From a virus, in the IMG/VR virus record IMGVR_UViG_3300029192_000002: 57,617 bases of DNA, one strand, 5' to 3'. The notes beneath the pieces are model-generated. The model ran no database searches, was not told the DNA's origin, and saw only the letters and a program-made list of their open reading frames with translations. Shown piece after piece: positions 29,788 through 37,383 of the stretch. Every line of letters starts with the position of its first letter. Position 1 is the stretch's first letter. A program made the position numbers and the translations under genes.

Positions 29788-30078
29788 ATGGAAACAACGA
29801 TGTATAGTCTGCGGATTCTTTCCAAAGGCAAGGTTACAGACCTTACCAATGGTTTTGCTTTGGGTGGTGTTCCGTTTACCGTCTTTGTCCGACCTAAAGA
29901 GGTTACGATGGAAACAAGCACGCTGCTTAAATGCAAGCTCATTTGCGATAAGGATTTTGGAATGTTCCCCGTACCTATCGGGGATTGGACGCCCGGAGCG
30001 ATAACCGTAATATCCCCAAACGGTATCGACCTTTCGGAATATGATGTGTATTGGGGTGCTGGTGAAACTATTAAATAA
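29788..30078 (+). CDS. Hypothetical protein (96 aa) upstream of the DGR target
   Basis: ORF behind its own promoter-like element, co-oriented with the DGR target gene. Confidence 0.55.
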   Translation: METTMYSLRILSKGKVTDLTNGFALGGVPFTVFVRPKEVTMETSTLLKCKLICDKDFGMFPVPIGDWTPGAITVISPNGIDLSEYDVYWGAGETIK

Positions 30079-30087
30079 CTTATAGCT

Positions 30088-31449
30088 ATGGGATTATTAT
30101 TGGGAAGCGGAAACACGAAACCGCAATATCCTTACGACCAATGGTATGGGGTGCAAGGTGATTTCAATTCACAGGACTACAAGCTAAAGCGTGTGGGCAA
30201 TTTGGATTTGCACCGTACATTACCCATCCAAGCAAAGCTGAAACGATTTGTGGAAAACCCGGACGGTTCGGTTAAGTATTACCTTAACCAAAATGACAGC
30301 CGTAAAAAGGATTCGGGTGCAACGGCTGTGATTGACAGCACGGATGGTAATGTAATGCTTGAAAAGCCGGAATATTACTTCAAGTTGGAGATAGAGGGGA
30401 CGAAATGGATTCGTGCCTATTCCGAATATCCGTTGCCCGGCTTTATCAAGATGGAACGAAAGACGGTAAGCCCGTGGTATGCAACGGTGGATATTACCAA
30501 CTCTGTAGCCGTATCGGGTTGCTGGCTTACTTGGAATGGCAATGAGATAGCGAGAGATGCCAACGGTTTTGTTGTCCTTAAATCGAATGCCGCACAATTC
30601 AGAGGCGGTTCGGGTGCTGGTGATGCCGCTAAGGATGGCACTTACAACTCCATGTTGGGTATGCCCCGTACTTCCATTTCAAAGGCAGGTGTTCGTCCTT
30701 TCTGCAAGAACGGTACACACCACGGAGCGTACAGGGTGTACAATGAAATTGCTTGGTTGCAACGTGTGGAATACGCTTCTTTGCATTGTCAAGACACTTA
30801 CACCGAAACACTGACCGCTGACGGTTTTCATCAAGGCGGTTTGGGTAGCGGATGTGCTGTTGATGGTGGTCAGTGGAATACATGGGGCGGCTACAGACCG
30901 TTTGTCCCTTGCGGTGTTACTGCAACACTGGGAAACAACACGGGTAAGGTGTCCTACACTATCAAGGGGTGGACTGGGGGCGATAAGGTGGTGCAAGTAA
31001 CCTCTTACCGTGGCTTGGAAACTCCTTATGAATATTTGTGGTTGCTTGCCGATGATGTGCTGGTTTGGCATAAGGCAGATGTATCTATTGCCTATGTGTG
31101 TGAAGACCCGACTAAGTTCACTTCTCACTCTGACGGCGCAACTACCGTACCAACCGGATATGAAGCTATTACTGAACTCCCAAGAACTGATGGATATGTG
31201 CTTTCTATGGCTCATTCCGCTAAGGGCTATTCCTTTGCCGAAAAGGTAGGTGGAGCAAGCAACAAAGGCTATTGCGACTACTTCTATACCTGTGTAGATG
31301 ATTCAGGTTGGAGTACACCGGGATGGTATGGTGCCCTTTTGTCTGCGACTGCGGGTGTTGGTGCGGTTGCGGGTTTCGGTTGTCTGAATACGGGTAGTCG
31401 TTCCTCGTTTGCGTTTGCGTACAATGGGTTCCGCTTGTGCCGATTTTGA
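30088..31449 (+). CDS. DGR variable protein 1 (receptor-binding / tail-fibre-like; C-terminal variable region)
   Basis: 453-aa ORF at the end of the tail module. The last 40 codons (GALLSATAGVGAVAGFGCLNTGSRSSFAFAYNGFRLCRF) are the VR cognate to the TR. Confidence 0.9.
   Translation: MGLLLGSGNTKPQYPYDQWYGVQGDFNSQDYKLKRVGNLDLHRTLPIQAKLKRFVENPDGSVKYYLNQNDSRKKDSGATAVIDSTDGNVMLEKPEYYFKLEIEGTKWIRAYSEYPLPGFIKMERKTVSPWYATVDITNSVAVSGCWLTWNGNEIARDANGFVVLKSNAAQFRGGSGAGDAAKDGTYNSMLGMPRTSISKAGVRPFCKNGTHHGAYRVYNEIAWLQRVEYASLHCQDTYTETLTADGFHQGGLGSGCAVDGGQWNTWGGYRPFVPCGVTATLGNNTGKVSYTIKGWTGGDKVVQVTSYRGLETPYEYLWLLADDVLVWHKADVSIAYVCEDPTKFTSHSDGATTVPTGYEAITELPRTDGYVLSMAHSAKGYSFAEKVGGASNKGYCDYFYTCVDDSGWSTPGWYGALLSATAGVGAVAGFGCLNTGSRSSFAFAYNGFRLCRF
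31329..31436 (+). repeat. DGR variable region 1 (VR1)
   Basis: Aligns without gaps to TR 31529-31636. My hand count gives 16 mismatches, all at positions where the TR has A. Confidence 0.92.
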
Positions 31450-31467
31450 CGGACTGCAAAATTCGGC
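31439..31467 (+). promoter_or_regulatory. Hairpin immediately 3' of VR1, spanning the target stop codon
   Basis: GCCGATTTTG pairs with CAAAATTCGGC (one bulged nt) around an 8-nt loop ACGGACTG. DGR target recognition is known to use a stem-loop just downstream of the VR. Confidence 0.5.
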
Positions 31468-31528
31468 TCACGGAGCAACGAAAAAAGCGTTAGATTGAAA
31501 TATTGAAAAATTATAGGGTCGTGGCGGC

Positions 31529-31636
31529 TGGTGCCCTTTTGTCTGCGAATGCGAATAATGGTGCGAATGCGGGTTTCGGTTATCTGAATACGAATAATCG
31601 TTCCTCGAATGCGAATGCGAACAATGGGTTCCGCTT
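31529..31636 (+). repeat. DGR template repeat (TR)
   Basis: Non-coding copy of the VR. In the VR frame it reads GALLSANANNGANAGFGYLNTNNRSSNANANNGFR, with variable positions carried as AAT/AAC codons. I count 24 adenines. Confidence 0.92.
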
Positions 31637-31778
31637 TTACCGTGGTTTCAACTTATAACTGTTGCTGCCACGTCCTTACCTCACAGGAACTATCGGCACG
31701 TCTGATAGTTGGTAAAATAATACGAATTAGAACGGTGTGAGTAAGAAATTGAAAACTCTGTTTTAGAACAACGGCACA

Positions 31779-32966
31779 ATGGGCTTAGTACAAACAGAAT
31801 ATGGATTATGCTATACGGCTGATACAGGCTTTTATCAATACTCAGATTTTGATGATTGCGGTTTGTATATCGGTGATACAGGCACTCTATTTTGCTCGCA
31901 AGCAAAGAAGATAAAGAATGTCTATCACTTGATATATGAATGTTCTAACATCGTGCTGGCGCAATACAAAGCGCAAAAAGGAAAGGGTGAACGCTCAGAA
32001 ATTACAAAGTTCAATGAGAACATTTTGGAGTATTTGGACGAACTATATTGGAGTTTACGCAACGAAACATATACACCCGGAGAGTATCGGATAAAAATCA
32101 TATATGAGCCTAAAGAGAGGGTGATAATGATTGCCCCTTTCTATCCTGACAGAATTGTACACCACTGCATTATCAATGTGCTTGGGCGGTATTGGACTAA
32201 TTTCTTCATTGCGAATACATACGCTTGCATCAAAGGCAGAGGTATTCATAAGTGTATGGAAGATGTGCATACGGCTTTGGTAACAGACAGGAAAGGAACA
32301 AAATTCTGCCTGAAAATTGATATTAAGAAGTTCTATGATAATATAGACCATTCGGCATTAAAGAAGATAATCAGATATGGCATTGCAGATGAGCAATTGC
32401 TAAGGCTGTTGGATAAGATAATAGATAGTAACGGTAAAGATAAAGGGTTGCCAATAGGCAATTTCACAAGCCAATACTTCGCTAATCTCTATTTGGCATA
32501 CTTTGACCATTGGGTAAAAGAGGTGCTTTCAAAAATAGTTATGCAGCGTTTTGGTGTGAAATTCTACTTCTTCCGCTATATGGATGATATGGTAATATTG
32601 TGCGCTGACAAAGAGGCACTACATTTCATACTTGATATGATGGGGCTTTACTTGGGCGCAGAACTGAAAGTAGAGATAAAAGAAAATTGGCAGATATTCC
32701 CGGTTGATGCTCGTAGCATTGATTATGTGGGATTCAAGCAGAACCATTACGGTATATTGCTGAGAAAAGGCATATTGAAACGGTTTTACAGGAAATTCCA
32801 CCGCACCATCAAGAAATACGAAATCAATGATGAAACTGATATTAAACACCTCTTCCCGTCTGAATATGGCTGGATAATCAGATGCTCAGAGGAACATAGT
32901 AAATTCATTTTTAATAACTGTTTGAATGATGGAATCAAGTGTTTTAACTACAGGATTGCTGGCTAA
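31779..32966 (+). CDS. DGR reverse transcriptase
   Basis: RT motifs appear in order: PKERVIMIAPFYPDRIVHH, LKIDIKKFYDNIDH, GLPIGNFTSQYFANLYL (the IGxxxSQ signature typical of DGR RTs) and FRYMDDMVIL (YxDD). The conserved core begins near residue 40, so the true start may lie downstream of 31779. Confidence 0.92.
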   Translation: MGLVQTEYGLCYTADTGFYQYSDFDDCGLYIGDTGTLFCSQAKKIKNVYHLIYECSNIVLAQYKAQKGKGERSEITKFNENILEYLDELYWSLRNETYTPGEYRIKIIYEPKERVIMIAPFYPDRIVHHCIINVLGRYWTNFFIANTYACIKGRGIHKCMEDVHTALVTDRKGTKFCLKIDIKKFYDNIDHSALKKIIRYGIADEQLLRLLDKIIDSNGKDKGLPIGNFTSQYFANLYLAYFDHWVKEVLSKIVMQRFGVKFYFFRYMDDMVILCADKEALHFILDMMGLYLGAELKVEIKENWQIFPVDARSIDYVGFKQNHYGILLRKGILKRFYRKFHRTIKKYEINDETDIKHLFPSEYGWIIRCSEEHSKFIFNNCLNDGIKCFNYRIAG

Positions 32967-33357
32967 GACCAAGCCGGAAGTTATAGACAATCTTAACAAC
33001 GGTCAAGGTACGTTCCTCTATAACCATAACATTAAAGAGGTCAAGGTTATTGCTGACAAAGAGGGCGGTATTGAAATTACCACTGATGCGGAACGTGCTA
33101 CGGGCACGATGTTCCAATATGATAGCGTGAGGGTGGAATATCCAAAAACGGCTGATAATATTTTCAGTACGTTGCTTACTGCAAGATACCCGGCTAAGAC
33201 AGAAAGCAAGTTGGTAAACGAATATCAGTCTGCCATGCTGGGCTTGCTTGCCGAAAGTGCGAAAGCCCCCTATGAGGACTTTTTGAAAGACCGTTTGGCT
33301 ATCCGTGAAATGGTGGATGCCGATTGTGAAACCTATAACATACCGATGGACTTATGA
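32926..33357 (+). CDS. Hypothetical protein (143 aa)
   Basis: ORF overlapping the RT 3' end by 41 nt. It is acidic and does not look like a four-helix-bundle Avd. Confidence 0.5.
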   Translation: MMESSVLTTGLLAKTKPEVIDNLNNGQGTFLYNHNIKEVKVIADKEGGIEITTDAERATGTMFQYDSVRVEYPKTADNIFSTLLTARYPAKTESKLVNEYQSAMLGLLAESAKAPYEDFLKDRLAIREMVDADCETYNIPMDL

Positions 33358-33734
33358 ACGAAGTAATGGACTTTGAGGAAAGCGAATCCTTAAATGAAGA
33401 TATTTTCGATTGTGAATACACCTCAGTAGATGCCGTGATTAATGAGGTCACGGTGTTTACGGGGTGTAAGGAAAGACAGACAGAGAACGGAACGAGAACA
33501 CTTATCGCCTATGGCGAGGGTATCGGTGCATCCGCTTTCTATACTGATAGTAAGAAGTTGAAAGATGTTGTTTTAGACCCGAAGCGCAAATATCCGTTCC
33601 GTGCCGTTATCAAAGTGGTACGTTATGGAACTATGTACGGGTTTAAGTTCTTTCCACCGAATACTCCAATCACGCAGGAGGATAGAGATAACTTTGAGTA
33701 TTACAAGCGAAACAAGTATAAGAAAAACCGATGA
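33354..33734 (+). CDS. Hypothetical protein (126 aa)
   Basis: ATGA overlap with the upstream gene. Confidence 0.55.
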   Translation: MNEVMDFEESESLNEDIFDCEYTSVDAVINEVTVFTGCKERQTENGTRTLIAYGEGIGASAFYTDSKKLKDVVLDPKRKYPFRAVIKVVRYGTMYGFKFFPPNTPITQEDRDNFEYYKRNKYKKNR

Positions 33735-34330
33735 TGGAAGAAAGTTTGAAAGTGGCACAAGGCATAAGCGATTTTGGCTTTATGGTGATAGTGTGCGCTG
33801 TGTTCCTCTGTTTGGCGGCTGCACTTATGATAGCTTGTTTCAAGTGGTTCAAGTCTATCATTAACGGCATGATTAAAGGCAATCAGTCTATGGTAGCCGA
33901 ACTTCTGACGGAAACCAAGAATCAGAATGATATGCTTACGGATATTGCGGAGGGGTTGCGCCCGGAAACACAGCTAAGGATAAAGAATACTTCGGGTATA
34001 TACTTTGACCTTGCTATAGAAAGGGTGTGCCGGATTATTCGGAAAGTGAGAGAGGAAAACCACATAGCCGACCATGAGGCTACAAAGGCTAAGATACACA
34101 CCTTGATAATGAACTTGCACGAAGATAGGAATAGTAGGTTTGACTACTATACCTATCGGGGAAAACGCTTATCCAGCTACACGTCCCCCGAATGGATTGA
34201 GTGGGTGGAGCAATGCGTATGGAGTGAGGTATATGCTGAAAGTGTGAATAACGGCAGGGCTTATACCAATGTACAGACGGTTTATGACCGTATAAAAATA
34301 GATTTTTACCATAAATTGAATCAAGAATGA
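33731..34330 (+). CDS. Membrane protein, holin candidate (199 aa)
   Basis: Single N-terminal TM segment (FGFMVIVCAVFLCLAAALMIACF), directly upstream of and overlapping the endolysin gene. Confidence 0.4.
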   Translation: MMEESLKVAQGISDFGFMVIVCAVFLCLAAALMIACFKWFKSIINGMIKGNQSMVAELLTETKNQNDMLTDIAEGLRPETQLRIKNTSGIYFDLAIERVCRIIRKVREENHIADHEATKAKIHTLIMNLHEDRNSRFDYYTYRGKRLSSYTSPEWIEWVEQCVWSEVYAESVNNGRAYTNVQTVYDRIKIDFYHKLNQE

Positions 34331-34923
34331 AGATACTTATAGACAATGGGCATGGAGAAAATACACCGGGTAAACGCAGCCCGGATGGAACTTTCAGAGA
34401 GTATGCCTATACGAGAGAAATTGCGGATGAAGTCGTGCGTGAACTGGCTAAACGTGGCTATGTAGCGGAACGCATTGTTAAGGAGAACTTGGACGTGCCT
34501 TTGGCTGAACGTGCAAGGCGTGTGAACGAGGTTTGCGCTCGATATGGTGCTAATAACGTATTGCTTGTTTCCATCCACTGTAATGCTGCTGGGAATGGCG
34601 AATGGATGAATGCCCGTGGGTGGTCTGCCTATACCACTAAGGGCAAAACGAAAGCTGACGAACTGGCAAACAGAATGTATGATGCTGCCGCTTGCTTTAT
34701 TACTGGGCAAAAGATTAGGCGTGACTATTCGGATGGCGACCCGGATTGGGAAGAAAATTTCTACATTCTTTCCAAAACGAAATGCCCGGCTGTACTGACG
34801 GAAAATTTCTTCATGGATAACAAGGATGATATTGCTTACCTTACATCTATGGAGGGGAAACAAAACATCGTGAACACCCACGTAGAGGGTATAATCCAAT
34901 ACATCAAAGAATATGAAAAATAA
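34327..34923 (+). CDS. N-acetylmuramoyl-L-alanine amidase (endolysin)
   Basis: MKILIDNGHGENTPGKRSP, SIHCNAAGNGEW and AVLTENFFMDN match the amidase_3 (MurNAc-LAA) motif pattern. Confidence 0.88.
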   Translation: MKILIDNGHGENTPGKRSPDGTFREYAYTREIADEVVRELAKRGYVAERIVKENLDVPLAERARRVNEVCARYGANNVLLVSIHCNAAGNGEWMNARGWSAYTTKGKTKADELANRMYDAAACFITGQKIRRDYSDGDPDWEENFYILSKTKCPAVLTENFFMDNKDDIAYLTSMEGKQNIVNTHVEGIIQYIKEYEK

Positions 34924-35533
34924 AGCGTTTTTGATAATAATCGCCCTCTGTGGGCTTTTGATGGCGGCTACCTTTGGGCTATGGGCTTATTGTTCCAAGT
35001 TGAAAGCGGAAAAGGAAAGGTTGGATGGCAACCAAACCGCCTTGTTGGAGAAAGTCGAATTTTACCAAACAGAATCCGGAAAATCTGCTGCCTCTGTACA
35101 GGCTTTGACTTTATCCAAGTCTGAAGTGGAAAAGCATTGTGCCGACTTGACGAATACTGTTAAGGAACTCAACTTGAAAGTAAATAGGTTGCAAGCGGCT
35201 TCCACGACTGCAACAAAAACGGAGGTGGAGGTACAAACCATAGTTAAGGATAGCATTATATACCGAGATACTTCCTATCTTAAAATCCAAGCGATACGAT
35301 GGAAAGACCCGTGGATAAATGTTGATGGCTTAATTATGCCCGATAAGAAATTGGATTTACGCATACAATCTGTAGATACCCTATTCCAAGTAGTGCATAG
35401 AGTGCCTAAGCAATGGTTATTTTTCCGATGGGGAACAAAGGCTATTAGGCAAGAAATAGTAAGCAGTAACCCACATACTAAAGTGGTGTATTCGGAATAC
35501 ATAGAATTGAAGAAACGAAAAAAGAATAATTAG
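34913..35533 (+). CDS. Membrane-anchored coiled-coil protein, spanin-like candidate (206 aa)
   Basis: N-terminal TM segment (AFLIIIALCGLLMAATFGLWAY) followed by a coiled coil. It overlaps the endolysin stop. Confidence 0.4.
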   Translation: MKNKAFLIIIALCGLLMAATFGLWAYCSKLKAEKERLDGNQTALLEKVEFYQTESGKSAASVQALTLSKSEVEKHCADLTNTVKELNLKVNRLQAASTTATKTEVEVQTIVKDSIIYRDTSYLKIQAIRWKDPWINVDGLIMPDKKLDLRIQSVDTLFQVVHRVPKQWLFFRWGTKAIRQEIVSSNPHTKVVYSEYIELKKRKKNN

Positions 35534-35564
35534 GTGTTAGTAATAGAGTAGAACTTTTGTTCTG

Positions 35565-35597
35565 AGCCGGGTTCGCTGTGAAGTGCGCCCGGTTTTT
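35565..35597 (+). terminator. Candidate terminator of the late/lysis operon
   Basis: AGCCGGG...CCCGGTT stem followed by a T-run (35593-35597). The stem is short and imperfect. Confidence 0.35.
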
Positions 35598-35621
35598 CTT
35601 TGCCCTTTGAAATTAAAGTCA

Positions 35622-35629
35622 TATATTTG
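35622..35629 (+). promoter_or_regulatory. -7 box TATATTTG followed by GCAGT
   Basis: Matches TAnnTTTG with the same TATATTTGCAGT context as the box at 29744-29751. Two stable hairpins follow (35634-35652, 35662-35696). Confidence 0.4.
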
Positions 35630-35709
35630 CAGTACCGATTCTGAAAATCGGTGTTGCATTGTACCCCTGTGTTCTTCCTATGGAGAAGCAGGGGTATTTA
35701 CCAAAAATG

Positions 35710-35735
35710 CAAAAGTTCTACTATAGTTCTACAAA
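35710..35735 (+). repeat. 26-bp direct repeat, copy 1 (CAAAAGTTCTACTATAGTTCTACAAA)
   Basis: Identical to 36031-36056 and contains two GTTCTAC heptamers 4 nt apart. A partial inverted copy (GTAGAACTTTTG) lies at 35548-35559. Confidence 0.9.
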
Positions 35736-35882
35736 AAAATGAAATAACCTCGCAAATGGTTGATACTCAAAGTTGGGTTAGAAGTTTCCTAAACGTATGT
35801 TCTTCCAAACAGGGGCAAAAATAGTAAAATTTAGATTTATAGTAAATAAGAAAAGGAAGTTATAGCGATAACCAATACATAA

Positions 35883-35954
35883 GGCTCTGTAGTTCAACGG
35901 ATAGAACAAGAATTTCCTAAATTTTAGATAGGGGTTCGATTCCCCTCGGAGCTA
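35883..35954 (+). tRNA. tRNA-Arg (anticodon CCT)
   Basis: Hand-folded cloverleaf with a 7-bp acceptor stem (two G-T wobbles) and a D arm GTTC/GAAC. The anticodon stem is AGAAT/ATTTT with loop TTCCTAA (U33, CCT, A37). The T arm is AGGGG-TTCGATT-CCCCT and the discriminator is A. No CCA is encoded. Confidence 0.85.
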
Positions 35955-35960
35955 CTTTTC

Positions 35961-35994
35961 AAGTCCATTCCATTACGGGATGGACTTCTTTTTT
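35961..35994 (+). terminator. Rho-independent terminator after the tRNA
   Basis: AAGTCCAT pairs with ATGGACTT (8 bp, 11-nt loop), followed by CTTTTTT. Confidence 0.65.
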
Positions 35995-36018
35995 ACAGCA
36001 TTTACAGCAAAAAATAGG

Positions 36019-36026
36019 TATATTTG
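36019..36026 (+). promoter_or_regulatory. -7 box TATATTTG upstream of int
   Basis: TAnnTTTG box 35 nt before the int ATG. The predicted transcript start falls at the beginning of repeat copy 2. Confidence 0.4.
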
Positions 36027-36030
36027 CTGA

Positions 36031-36056
36031 CAAAAGTTCTACTATAGTTCTACAAA
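36031..36056 (+). repeat. 26-bp direct repeat, copy 2 (forms the int 5' leader)
   Basis: Identical to 35710-35735 and ends 4 nt before the int ATG at 36061. Confidence 0.9.
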
Positions 36057-36060
36057 GATT

Positions 36061-37383
36061 ATGGCTACATTCAAAGCAGAGGTGTACGCTCACCAAAAGA
36101 GGGCTGACGGCACATATAATATAAAGATAAGGGTTATACACCAAAAGAGGAAAAAGTACATCCCGACCACTTACTACGTGACAAAGGATGATTTGACACG
36201 CACGACTTTCAAGCTGAAAAACCAAAAGTACATAGATGCCACCGATGATATGATAAAAAAATACCGTTCCATTTGTGACCGCATGGGGGAACGGCTTAAA
36301 TCCATGACCGTTGAGCAGGTGGTAGATGCAATCACTAACGACAATGGGGAACACTTCGATTTGGATATAGTGGCTTATGCCCGTCAATATATATCGCACT
36401 TAAAGGAAACCGGGCATACAGGTAATGCGCTTTCTTACCAAGTAGCCATTAACAACCTTGTACGCTTTGTTGGCAGGGATAGCGTGAGCATAAAAGAAAT
36501 CACGGTTAAGTTTATCAATGATTGGATAAAGTGGATAAAGGAGAATCCGGCACGTTCCAAACCCGAAGCCAATCACGGAGAAAGGGCACAGAGCCTATAT
36601 ATATCCCAGCTAAGAGCCATATATAACCGGGCAAAGAAAGAGTTTAACGATGAGGATGCCGGACTGATACGCATTCCCTATTCTCCTTTTAAGAGGGTGG
36701 AAATTCCCAAAATACCCGTTACAAGGAAAAGGGCTATTTCTACGGATTTACTTCGTAAATTTTCGGAACTGCCTTATTCTTTGATTATGCAACCGGGGAC
36801 AAACAGGTACAATCTCGCAAAGGATGTCTTTCTTTTGAGCTTCTGTCTAATTGGAATGAATGCGGTAGATTTGTACACTTGTACGGATTTGAAGAAAGGA
36901 CGTATTATATACCAACGGACAAAAACCAAGAATCGGAGAGCTGACAAAGCGGAAATGTCTGTGAGGATAGAGCCGGAACTAAAAGCCCTTATGAAAAAAT
37001 ATAAAGACCAGACCGGGCAAAGGGTTTTTAATTTCTACAAGCTGTATTCAAGCGTGGATAGCTTTACGGCTGCAATCAACAAGGGCTTGAAAAAGATTGG
37101 TGATGATTTAGGAATAGATGATTTGGAGTTTTACGCAGCCCGCCATACATGGGCAACCATTGCAAGTAATGAAGCCGGAGTAGATAAGTACACCGTTCAC
37201 ACAGCCCTTAACCACGTGGACGAAAATATGAGAGTGACGGATATTTATATTGCGAAATCATGGGATAGTATAGATGCCGCCAACCGTAAAGTATTGGATT
37301 ATGTCAAGCTGTCTTTGGATGATGTAACAGAAAAGAAGTATATACCCAAAAATAAACGTGTTTTGCCTAAGCAAAATTTGTAA
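36061..37383 (+). CDS. int: Tyrosine site-specific integrase (Bacteroidota type with N-terminal arm-binding domain)
   Basis: The N-terminus MATFKAEVYAHQKRADGTYNIKIRVIHQKRKKYIPT is typical of Bacteroides-type integrases. The C-terminal catalytic region has YAARHTWATIA and ALNHVDENMRVTDIYI (H-x-x-R ... H ... Y). Confidence 0.9.
   Translation: MATFKAEVYAHQKRADGTYNIKIRVIHQKRKKYIPTTYYVTKDDLTRTTFKLKNQKYIDATDDMIKKYRSICDRMGERLKSMTVEQVVDAITNDNGEHFDLDIVAYARQYISHLKETGHTGNALSYQVAINNLVRFVGRDSVSIKEITVKFINDWIKWIKENPARSKPEANHGERAQSLYISQLRAIYNRAKKEFNDEDAGLIRIPYSPFKRVEIPKIPVTRKRAISTDLLRKFSELPYSLIMQPGTNRYNLAKDVFLLSFCLIGMNAVDLYTCTDLKKGRIIYQRTKTKNRRADKAEMSVRIEPELKALMKKYKDQTGQRVFNFYKLYSSVDSFTAAINKGLKKIGDDLGIDDLEFYAARHTWATIASNEAGVDKYTVHTALNHVDENMRVTDIYIAKSWDSIDAANRKVLDYVKLSLDDVTEKKYIPKNKRVLPKQNL

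Larger units (their letters stand above)
30088..32966 (+). mobile_element. Diversity-generating retroelement cassette (target gene with VR1, template repeat, reverse transcriptase)
   Basis: VR1/TR pair with adenine-only mismatches plus a DGR-type RT, all co-oriented within 2.9 kb. Confidence 0.9.

Noticed and set aside
30220-31478. Minus-strand ORFs overlapping the DGR target gene and VR1 (30220..30597, 30679..31215, 31220..31471, 31284..31478).
   Set aside because: They are antisense to a 453-aa ORF whose C-terminus is validated by the TR/VR relationship and codon phasing. They have no independent support.
31529-31636. The TR read as a decayed duplicate or pseudogene of the target gene 3' end.
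   Set aside because: Random decay would hit all four bases. Here all 16 (VR1) and 14 (VR2) differences are at TR adenines, the copy has no ORF context, and it sits directly upstream of an RT. It is a template repeat, not a pseudogene.
32926-33357. The ORF downstream of the RT as the DGR accessory protein Avd.
   Set aside because: The sequence is acidic and looks mixed or beta-rich, with none of the basic four-helix-bundle character expected for Avd. It is kept as hypothetical.
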